Assembly: GCF_018350175.1 (NCBI RefSeq)
Contig: NC_058382.1
Location: forward strand, 50,780,001-50,844,000
Reading direction: 5' to 3'
DNA length: 64,000 nucleotides
DNA from: Felis catus
Taxonomy: Eukaryota
Shown one piece after another: positions 54,385 through 64,000 of the stretch. The translations under genes were made by a program, and so were the position numbers. Each line of letters opens with the position of its first letter. Position 1 is the stretch's first letter. Under the pieces are notes generated by a model. It worked only from the letters and a program-made list of their open reading frames with translations. It did no database searches and was not told where the DNA came from.

Positions 54385-55039
54385 CTGGAATAACAATATT
54401 TTAAGAGCAATTAGAACCATTTGAAAAAGGCGTGCTTCTAGACTACAGACATCCCTGTCCTATATTGTTTCTCCATTTATTAATTTTTACCTTACATAAA
54501 TATGAGTTTATACTTGCTTAGGAATAAAAATACATTTCCCAAAGAAGCCTTCTACTCCTGCTTCTCAGTTCCTGTTTGCAAATACAACCCTTTGTATGTG
54601 AGAGGATCATCATTTTTCATAGCAATGGAGGTGGGAAATAGTATCTTCCCACACATGAGGACATAGAGGGGAATGACAGAATACGGCAGTGGCAGCTTCC
54701 TGGATCAGGCTTCAAACGCCGCTGTTGGGGATCATGAGGAGAGTTATTATGCCACACACGGCTTTCTACATCTTCGTGCTGGCAAAGGCACTACCAACCC
54801 TTGACTTCCCGCGTCTCTCACGTAGACCTTTCTTGGGCTTACAAAGTAACGTGCCATCATCACCCACATTGAGCATGAAAAGGCTGGCTTAGGCGGGACT
54901 GGCTCAAGGTTGCACAATATACAAATGACATGTTTGGGGATAAAATCCACCCCCACCCCCGGACTCATTCTTGCAGGTGCTGTAGGCGCAGGTCACTGCT
55001 AACCACAGAAATTTAGGGAGGGGAATGTAATCACCGCTC

Positions 55040-55410
55040 ATCAACAAAAAGAAATGAATCGCTGATGAACATGAGAATATGGATGAATCTTGAAAACATG
55101 CTGGGCAAAAAAAAAAAAAAAAATCCTGACACACAGAAAGTATAATTCAGTTTCTCTGATATTCTAGAAGAGGCAACACTAACCTATAGTGGCAGAAAGC
55201 AAATCAGGTTTTGCCTACTCCTGGGGGTTAGAGGGGACGGACTGCAAATGGGCCAAGTGAACTTTGGGGGATGATAAAAAGACTCTGCCTTGGAAGTGGT
55301 GATTGTTGCATGTGTGTCTGCATTTGTCAAAACTCATTGAACTATACATTTAAAATGAGTACATTTTATTGGGATGTAAGTTATTCCTCCATAAAATTGA
55401 TTTTAAAAAA
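55040..55410 (+). mobile_element. ancient LINE-1 3' end (L1ME-like)
   Basis: 'atggatgaatcttgaaaacatgctg' and 'tttgtcaaaactcattgaactatac'. Confidence 0.7.
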
Positions 55411-55841
55411 TCACACCTTTGAGGTAGGCGCAAGGCGCAGCATTGCTTCTCATCCATATAATTTGCCTGCACGTTAATAATAAAATCTTGAAAAAAAAAA
55501 GACAGGAAGCGCATGAGCGGGACCCTGGGACAGCTGCCCTCATCCACATTCTAAGAGAAAATTAATCAGAATCAACTTAACTTGTCAGACAAGGGCACAC
55601 ACAGCCTCTATGTGCAAACAACAAAAAATCATCCCAGAATGTTCAACTTGATAGTAATATTGAAATTATGTTCATTTTCGGTTTTTAGGCTATGAATTAG
55701 TATTTTTGTCCCCTGATAGTTTGCACATGCGCATGAGCACCATCAGATTATCACATGGAGAAAACATTACAGGGAAAAAAATGATGCACTTATCTTGGAG
55801 AACCGTTACATTGCAGACCATGCAAAAGTATGTGAAAGTTT

Positions 55842-56037
55842 CTTTTTCTTCTTTTTTATTTTAGAGAGAGAGAACACATGCACAAGTGAGGGCGAAGAGC
55901 AGAGAGAGAGGGAGAGAGAGAATCCCAAGCGGGCCCCATGCTGAGCATGGAGCCCCAAAGATGGCTTGATCCCACGACACCGAGACCTGAGCTGAAATCA
56001 AGCGTTGGACACTCAACTGACCGAGCTACCCAGGCAG
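55842..56037 (-). mobile_element. CanSINE
   Basis: Antisense body; aagtttctttt on both flanks. Confidence 0.88.
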
Positions 56038-56678
56038 CTTCAAGTTTCTTTTAAGGAGCAAAATTAAGAGTCAATCCACCCATAAGCTGTCATCCTAACA
56101 CATTTCCAAAAAGGAAAACGTTCTTGACATATCTTTTAAAAGTCAGTGAAGAATCGGTCACCGTCCTTTTCAATCCGCTCTGTGGTTTTAACTCCCCGTT
56201 TGTACTATGTGAACAGCAGAGAGGGTCTCATTTTTTCCAGTCACTCCTAAGATAACAAAAACCCCTCATAAGTCAAATTATAAGCAGTCTAATGTTAGCA
56301 ATTAAAATGTCTGGTCCTAGTGAGAGCAAACCTTGAAACTCTGTCCAAGGTTAGAGCTCCTCCCCCACTCAGGTCCAGCCTCCCACAGACTGAACATCTA
56401 TGATGGAGAACGGAGACCATTGTTTGTTTCCCCACCATATTCTTGTCCTCCTCTCTCCCCTCTCCATTATCTTGCCGGGCTACCAATGGCTCTTCTGGTT
56501 TTAAAGTAGAGTAGGGACAGGATACAGAGACAGAAGAGGTCTCAGTTGACTGACACAGTCAAAGATTTCATCTGTGGCTGATCGGTGCCAGCCCCCTCTT
56601 TGGGGGCAGAGGGTCTCTCGGATAGGACCCTCTAGTATTAATCCTTCCTCCTTGGCAGTGGCTATAAAAGATGCCTCT

Positions 56679-56990
56679 TGGGCACCTGGGTGGTTCAGTC
56701 CATTAAGTGTTTGACTCCTGATTTCGATTCAGATTACAATCTCGTGGTTAGTGAGACTGAGTCCCACAGTGGGCTCTGCACTGACAGCAGGGACCCTGCT
56801 TGGGATTCTCTCTTTCCCTCTCTCTCTGCCCATTGCCTGCTCGCTTGTTCTCTCTCTTAAAATAAAATAAAATAAAATAAAATAAAATAAAATAAAATAA
56901 AATAAAATAAAGTAAAGTAAAGTAAAGTAAAGTAAAGTAAAGTAAAGTAAAGTAAAACAAAACAAAACAAAACAAAACAAAATAAAATAA
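56679..56990 (+). mobile_element. CanSINE with compound pentanucleotide tail (TAAAA)n(TAAAG)n(CAAAA)n
   Basis: TSD taaa(a/t)gatgcctctt. Confidence 0.92.
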
Positions 56991-57051
56991 ATGATGCCTC
57001 TTAACATTTGTGTCCTTGGACATACTAGTAACAGATGGCAGAATGGAACAA

Positions 57052-57215
57052 GTCATCCCTAGATAACAGATTTTAAATATTTTCCCAGAAAACTGAAAAC
57101 GGACAGAAATTTTGGTGCAAGAGTAGAGGATGTCATCCCTAGATAACAGATTTTAAATATTTTCCCAGAAAACTGAAAACGGACAGAAATTTTGGTGCAA
57201 GAGTAGAGGATGTCA
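57052..57215. repeat. perfect 80-bp tandem duplication
   Basis: 57052-57131 identical to 57132-57211, followed by 'gtca'. Confidence 0.97.
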
Positions 57216-57744
57216 GAACCACAGGGAGGACCAGAGGAGAAGAGAGAATCAGCCTGCCCTGCAAGCAGAGTCCCAGAAATATCCAGAAGGGGAGCTGGCA
57301 GATATGTGGGAGACAGGAACAAGAGACAGACCTCAAACAACAGAGAATAATCAAAGCACTGTTAAAAATGCAATCCTCCGGGTCCCATATACCTCCTCCA
57401 ACTTCATGCACCGCAAAGGCAGCCAGCCAGGCCAAGCTCTACAAAGTTTTCCTCTAAGTGCTAACACACGCTGTCTGAAGAGAGAACTGGGACACTAGGG
57501 TGGCTATTCCCCTCCGCAGTGAGCCCTCCAGCTCTGGAAGAGGGTGCCTCAGCACCGAGACTGCCCTCTACTGGTTCAGCCTAAAATGAAGCTCTGGAAA
57601 ATACAAGCACACAGAACTTCCCATTGGATTTTCTATGATGAGACACAAAAGGCCAACAAGGAACCACCATATTCTTGAAGAAAACCAACAGCATGGGCCA
57701 ATAAGAAAAAATGAAGTACACAGCATTAATATTTTAGCAATCAG

Positions 57745-58075
57745 TGAGTTCCGACTGACAACCAGTCTCAAATTGGCTTATTCAACAAACAAACAAACAT
57801 ACAAACAAATAGGAAGTCTAAGACCAAGGTGCCAGCAGAGTTTCTTCTGAGGCTTGAAGAGCTAGATGACTGTCTTTTCCCTATGTCCCTGTGTCCTAAT
57901 CTCCTCTTCTTACATGGACACCAGCCACATTGGGTTAGGGTCCACCCTAATGACCTCATTTTAACGTAATTACCTCTTGAAGGACCCTATCCCCAAATAC
58001 TGTCCCGTTCTAAAGTACTGCGGGTCAGGACTTTAATGTATAAATTTTACAAAGACACAGATCAAGACTATAACG
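57745..58075 (-). mobile_element. MaLR LTR (MLT1A/B-like), partial
   Basis: 'ctcctcttcttacatggacaccagccacattggg...aatgacctcattttaac'. Confidence 0.8.
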
Positions 58076-58299
58076 TACATTAGCTCCATTAACTGCAAAA
58101 GCCAGGTCAGCCTTAGCATTAGGCATGGTCAGTGTCCTGCATCCAGCGGCATTCATGGGCATCTTCACCTGCCTTCTGTTGCTTGTGTTACACCTTACAT
58201 TTAGAACAGGCACACAGGTGATTTGAAAAGTAATTCAGCATTCTGTAAACAATCAACTGATATGCATATCAAACAATTCTAAAATTAAAAGTCTATTTT

Positions 58300-58314
58300 C
58301 TTAAGTTTATTTAT

Positions 58315-58354
<40 letters not shown>

Positions 58355-58497
58355 CAGGGGAGGGGCAGAGAGAGAGAGGGAGAAAGAAAGAATCCCAAGC
58401 AGGCTCTGTGCTGACTCAATCTCACCCACCGTGAGATCCTGACCTGGGCCGAAATCAAGAGCCAGACGCTTAACCAACTGAGCCACCCTGCCACCCC
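58300..58497 (-). mobile_element. CanSINE
   Basis: Antisense body; ctatttt on both flanks. Confidence 0.9.
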
Positions 58498-58929
58498 AAA
58501 TCCTATTTTTAAGAATCCATGTCATTTGGCCGTCACTTCTTGGCCAAATCATTCCATCATTGCTTTCATCTGGACTCATTAGCCCTTGTACTGCGGACAC
58601 AAGCAGACACAATAGTTCTCATTCATAAATCTGGCTGCCATTACAGCAGGGTGGCCACAGACACAGTCAAATGGCCACTCTGCGCATCCAACCTTTCTGT
58701 TGCCTTGAGGATGCGGGGCGTGTGGAGAATGGAGTGCGGAGGGAAAGACAAGGATGGCAGTGCCTATCAGGACCTTCTCAGAGCTCCCAACCTCAGGAGA
58801 GTCCTGCATTTATTTACACACCACCACTGACTGGAAATCACACTTGGTGTTTCCTCGGATTGTCGTATACTACCCGATAAAAGAAACCCAGGCTTCCAAA
58901 TTTGGATTACATTTTTTTAAATCAAACCA

Positions 58930-59152
58930 GGGGCGCCTGGGTGGCGCAGTCGGTTAAGCGTCCGACTTCAGCCAGGTCACGATCTCACGGTCTGTGAGTT
59001 CGAGCCCCGCGTCAGGCTCTGGGCTGATGGCTCAGAGCCTGGAGCCTGTTTCCGATTCTGTGTCTCCCTCTCTCTCTGCCCCTCCCCCGTTCATGCTCTG
59101 TCTCTCTCTGTCCCAAAAAATAAATAAACGTTGAAAAAAAAATTTTTTTAAA
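58930..59152 (+). mobile_element. young felid SINE (SINEC_Fc-type)
   Basis: Near-consensus body; TSD aaatcaaacca. Confidence 0.97.
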
Positions 59153-59281
59153 TAAATCAAACCAAAAATGCATGTATCAATTATAACGATTGATACTGAC
59201 TCAGGAGATGGGTATATTCAAGAAATCATGGCAGTGCTTACAAGCAACATCTGAGGACACATGTTAATGTTTCGACGCTAC

Positions 59282-59376
59282 CTTGTGGTCTAAATTGGGT
59301 GTCTCTCTTTAATGGCTTTCATGATGACTGGCTTAAGCCATCTATACTCAAGTGGATTCCAAAGTGTTTCAGGGAA
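59282..59376 (-). CDS. candidate 95-nt exon containing a stop
   Basis: Acceptor cttgattgcctag, donor AAG|gtagcg; FPETLWNPLEYRWLKPVIMKAIKERHPI* in frame with the previous candidate. Confidence 0.22.
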
Positions 59377-60256
59377 CTAGGCAATCAAGTGACCAATTTA
59401 AAAGATGTGAAGGAGCACTATTGATTTTTTTAAATGCTATTTTTAAGGGTTTTCTGACAGTTTTAGTGGTAGTTGGAAGAATGTCAAATTTACCCTTTAG
59501 TAGAAAAATTGATTATATGCAAGAGGGCGCAGCAATGTTGTTTTCTTAATCCTCAACTTATCCTGAACAGTGTTTTCTTTTCCACTGTTCTTTTATCTGA
59601 AAGGAGTTCATTTAAGAAGGAAAAAAAAATGAATGTACATCACGACATCCTTCTGTATATTTAAGTGGCCACAGAGAAAGTAAAACTCATAGTGTTCAAA
59701 ATCAAGTAGTTTCTGTAATAATTAGTGGATTGGGTTCACTAACCAAGTACAAGGTTTCGATCTCTGGTCTTTGCTACAGAGCGTTCTTGATTCAACACTC
59801 CACGTGTTCTACTAGATCAAAGGTATGCCAAATCCTGGAATAAGGACATGAGAAAGAAAAAATAAAAATATATTCTCATTTTCTAAATAAAATACTGTTT
59901 TTATAAAATGTAAGAAATTCATGGGCTTACATAATTTCATCACAAAGTCCACTACATAGGACCAGTAAGATCAAAATTACATACTCTGCCTGTCACTTAT
60001 CAGAACTATTACTTAGATCCTAAAAACACAAAGAAATTAACTGCCATGCTCCTTTTGATACAAATCACACCTTCCTATAGTTCACTATACGCTCTTGTGG
60101 CTTCTGTGCATCTACAAGACATAATACATATTTCTAAATATAATTTAATTGGTGTTAATATGTGGTATTATGTCTGCAAGCATCAAGTGGGAGGCTAGGA
60201 ATTATGTGACCACTACAATCTCTGCATACACTTTATGAGTTATCCCGAAAAGTCAC

Positions 60257-60314
60257 CATATTCTGCAGCTTTTGGGACCATATTTCCAGTTGCGATGTCT
60301 TCAGAGTAAGCCAC
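60257..60314 (-). CDS. candidate 58-nt exon
   Basis: Acceptor tttttaccatggtag, donor ATG|gtgact; WLTLKTSQLEIWSQKLQNM in frame with 63213-63266. Confidence 0.22.
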
Positions 60315-60759
60315 CTACCATGGTAAAAATATCTCTTTTCATATTCCAAGCAATGTGACCGGGGGAGCCACCAATATTCAGTGGGTATCGTACATTCGAA
60401 GCCTTTTTTTTTTTTTAATTTTAATTAAATGCAAGAACAGCCTTGCTTGCAAAGTTAAGAATTTCAGGGAAGAAATATGGAATATCCATCTGCTCTAAAT
60501 AAAAAGAAATTCTGCTTGATTACCTGGTTCATGTAAAGATGATAGAATCTTGAATCTTTTTATGGGTTCCTTAGATTTGAAGGTCAGAAATATTTCAGCT
60601 ACCTGTGACTTACCCTGTTCGTTACAAGAGATACAAGGAGTCATTCCAGTTAGTCCATACATTTGTTTATCATATGCTGAATACGTCTCCTCAAGAGATG
60701 ATTTATTTTAAATTTAGAAATGCTACTATTTTTTCAAAATATAAACTCCTTATATTGCA

Positions 60760-61162
60760 ATACTATATAGATACTTTGCTTCCCCCATTAGTATCTTACA
60801 TAACCATAGTGCGTCTGTCAAAACCAAGAAACGGATGTAGGAACATTACTATTAACTGAAATTATGACTTTATTCAGATTCCATCAGTTTTTCCATTAAT
60901 GCCCATTTTCCACTGCAAGATTCAACACAGGATACATCACATTAGACTTGATTGTCATGTCTTCCCAGTTTCCTGTGATGTACAACAGCTTCTTGGTCCC
61001 CTCCCTCCCTCCCTTCCTTCCTCCCTCCCTTCTCTCTTTCTTTCTTCTTTTGTTTTCTTTTTTCTTTTCTTTTTTCTTCTCTTCTCTTCTCTTCTCTTCT
61101 CTTCTCTTCTCTTCTCTTCTCTTCTCCTTTTCTCTCTCTCTTTCTCTCTTTCTCTCTTTCTC

Positions 61163-61213
<51 letters not shown>

Positions 61214-61885
61214 GCCTTCATGGTCTTGAGGAGGGTTTCTGGGCATCCTGTAGAGTGTCCTCCAGTCTGGGGCAGTCTGATGTCTTCTCAAGATTAGACT
61301 GGGGTCACAGGCTTTAGGGAAGATTACCACAGAGGTGAAGTGTCCTACCTTCCCTTATCACTTCATATCAGGAGGTACATGATGTCGATATGACATCATG
61401 AATGATACTGGCCTTCACCACGTGGCTAAGGCAGGGTTTGCCAGGTTTCTCTAGTCTAAAGTTATTATTCTTACCCTCTTCCCTATTCTTTGAAAGCAAA
61501 TTACTGAGACCAACCCACATTTAGTGGACTTGAAGTGATGAGGACATGTTCCATCCTCAGGAAGGGGGATTATCTACATATATTCCTTGTTATTTCAGTA
61601 AAGAAGTTCTTCTTGCATATGTATTTATTCAATTATTTATGTATATTAATACGACATGTGGGTATTTCTTTTATACTTTGGGCTATTATCCAATATAATA
61701 TCTTTTTTTTGCTAAAATTATTTCAGTTTTGGCCTTTGGGAAATCTTTCAGGTTGACTCCTACATCCAGTTGACATAATTCCATCCTGTTGTTTTTTGAA
61801 CATGTCCTCAGTTTCTGGTACTAAATGATCCTCCTGGCTCATCTGGTATTTTCTTTGCACCACCACTAGAATGCCTAGTGCATGG
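60760..61885 (-). mobile_element. old L1MC-like 3' region, antisense
   Basis: 'tgtagagtgtcctccagtctggggcagtctgatgtcttctcaagattagact' is the reverse of the L1MC 3' UTR motif. Confidence 0.65.
60997..61213. repeat. compound polypyrimidine microsatellite (CCCT)n/(CTTCT)n/(CT)n/(CTTT)n
   Basis: Read directly. Confidence 0.95.
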
Positions 61886-61889
61886 TAAC

Positions 61890-62490
61890 TTCCTCCCGAA
61901 GAACAGAGTATGGGAAGGGAGTGGGGAGTAGAGGAACTGTAAGCGATGAAATCTGCCAAACACTTTCTTTGCCGGTGATCAACATCAATATCAATAAGTC
62001 ATATTTATAGTATGTACCCTTGAAATATTGTGATGAAAATGGTATCCTACCTCTGTGGACTTCCTCCCCACATAACCTGCACAACCCTGTCTAATCATAA
62101 GAAAAGCATCAGATCATCCCAATTTAGAGACATTCTACAAAATACTTAACTGGTATCCCTAAAAACTGTCAATATTACCAAAAGCAAGGGAAGTCTGAGA
62201 AGCTGTCACAGCCACGAGTAGGCTAAGGACAGAGGACTACCAAACGTAACATGGTCACCTGGATGGGACGCTGGAATAGGAAAGGACGTTAGGTAAAAAC
62301 TAAGGGAGTGTGAATAGGTTAATAAAAAATGCATCGATCTTTGTCCGTTAATGTAACAAATGTACCATACTAACATACGATGTTCCTAAGAGAGGAAACG
62401 GAGTATGGGCTATATGGAGATTCTCTGTACTATTTTCACAATTTTTCTCTATTGCTAAAATTGTCCTAAAAATAAATTTAATTAAAAAAT
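61890..62490 (+). mobile_element. old L1MC-like 3' end, sense
   Basis: 'taatgtaacaaatgtaccatactaac...ggagattctctgtactattttcacaatttttct...aaaataaa'. Confidence 0.75.
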
Positions 62491-63212
62491 AGGCATGCAG
62501 CAAATATGATTGACTTGAGAGCAAGAACTGAAGACCCCGCTGACATTTTATCCCCCGAATTGATCGGAGTGATCGAGTCTGCATTCATTAATCAGAACAT
62601 AAATGAAGCTGAGTATCAGAGGATAATTTGCACATGAATACACCACTAAAGTTTCTCTCCAAGTCTGAGTCTATCTAAAAGTTTGTCCTCGCAAAACTTA
62701 GAATTCTCTTATTAAGAGTAGAAATCAATTCCATTCATTTGTTTATTTTTCCAATTTTAGAAAGAATGGTGTTTGAATACATAATATAAGCATAGGCACT
62801 ACTTGGTCTCGTCTCCAAGAAATGCTTCATAAAGGGGAGGGGACCAAAGTCTCCGGGTATCAGGTGAGTAGCAGATACAAGAGAAAGTCCTGTAGCCCAC
62901 GGGGAGCCTGGGAGCAAAAATGAGATCTCGCAATTAAGAAAATGCCATAAAGTAAAACTGCATTTCTAGGTGAAAACCCCAATTCCCAGGGAGAATAATT
63001 ACAATGCCATGATTCTTATTAAATGTTCCAGTTACGGGGGCTTGGAGACTTCATGCCGGACATTAAGTAGGAACAAGATGCTTATTACCATGAAACCAGG
63101 TTGGCTAAAGCCCAGGTATTCTGAAGAGGCAGGATTACATTTACGTCAATATGTTTAAGTACTCTGAAAATGGCAAGCAACACAGCGTCTTTCGAAGTGT
63201 TCCACATTTTAC

Positions 63213-63266
63213 CTGTCCAAAGATTTGAACAGGGGCTCGCTGCCATTCTGTCGCTGTAATCTGGAA
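63213..63266 (-). CDS. candidate 54-nt exon of an unidentified transcript
   Basis: Acceptor cctgctctctcag, donor CAG|gtaaaa; open in all three frames (e.g. SRLQRQNGSEPLFKSLD). Confidence 0.3.
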
Positions 63267-64000
63267 CTGAGAGAGCAGGACCGCTGCCCAGGATGAGGGC
63301 ATTGGTGGAGACAGGGATGGATACAGAAACTCGCCTTCCCCAGCCAGCTCCTTCTGTGCACCTTATCGATGCTGCTGGGGATTTGAAGACCCTCTGAGAC
63401 ATGCTCCAAAGCACTGATGACCCAATTCCTTAGGCCAGGTGACAGGTGATAAACTAGACTTTCAACGCCTGGAGCAAAGGAGAACGTGCTGGAACTGGCA
63501 CATCTCAGTGTGAGCAGGTCCAACAGAGCGCAATCCCAGGAGGATGGCAGGACAGGCAAGCTTCACCAGTCCCCAGGCCCAGGAGCCTAGGGGCTCGCTA
63601 ATTCCTGTCTCCCTGACATCTCCCATGGAAGGGAGGCAAAGCAGCAGCCCACTGTACCCCCCAGAGGAGCATGAGCTGCCGCACAACCCAGTCCCATCAA
63701 GGATGGTAGAGGCAGGGCTGGGAAGGATGCTAGAAGGGCCTGGCGGGGAGCATGAGGACAGGAGGTGTGTGCAGGTGAATGGGGTGACCCGCAAAGCACT
63801 GTGAATGACGGGAGCGGGGGGTGGGGGGGTGGCAACATTAAAGCAGCCCTCCCTCCCGACCCCGTCCTCTCCTGCACCCCTCGTCTCTGCCCCTTTTCCA
63901 CAGTAGACTCAGCTGAGTCACCAGTGGTTTCACCAGATGACTGAGTGAGTCACTGCTTTTTGGCTGCCATTCCCTAGAACAGGCTTCTATTCAACTCCCT

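Noticed and set aside
56729..57056. Hydrophobic ILFYF-repeat ORFs resembling membrane proteins
   Set aside because: Translation of a SINE pentamer tail.
57052..57215. Direct repeat as a CRISPR-like array
   Set aside because: Only two 80-bp units, no spacer, mammalian DNA.
60896..61330. K/E/R-rich 144-aa ORF and the overlapping F/S/L-rich ORFs
   Set aside because: Translations of the CT microsatellite.
62761..62863. Plus-strand coding exon (ttttag|...CAG|gtgagt)
   Set aside because: Good splice signals but stops in all three frames; at most non-coding, and it shows how readily pseudo-exons arise here.
63462..63901. Overlapping 86-110 aa ORFs
   Set aside because: Expected in locally GC-rich DNA; no recognisable domain.

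Overview
Repeat-rich, AT-rich mammalian genomic DNA. The abundant tRNA-derived CanSINEs, including five near-identical young SINEC_Fc-type copies, point to a felid (cat family). Much of the window is transposon-derived: about 28 SINEs, old and carnivore-type LINE-1 fragments, MaLR/ERVL/ERV1-type solo LTRs, a hAT-type DNA-transposon relic, microsatellites and a decayed U6 snRNA retrocopy. Repeat family names are from recognition by eye and boundaries are approximate. I could not confidently recognise any protein-coding gene; the supplied ORFs are nearly all SINE, L1 or microsatellite read-throughs or chance ORFs. Best-supported structures: (1) a 4.9-kb 5'-inverted (twin-primed) L1 with TSDs at 36826-41776, holding a second L1 that holds a young SINE; (2) a perfect 80-bp tandem duplication at 57052-57211; (3) an unexplained 285-bp GC-rich, stop-free insert replacing part of an old L1 at 21056-21340; (4) microsatellites at the same position in three independent L1 copies. 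A chain of small, frame-compatible minus-strand exon candidates (63266 down to about 13160) may be the 3' part of an unrecognised gene or lncRNA, but this is low confidence. I see no solid evidence for a new biological system.
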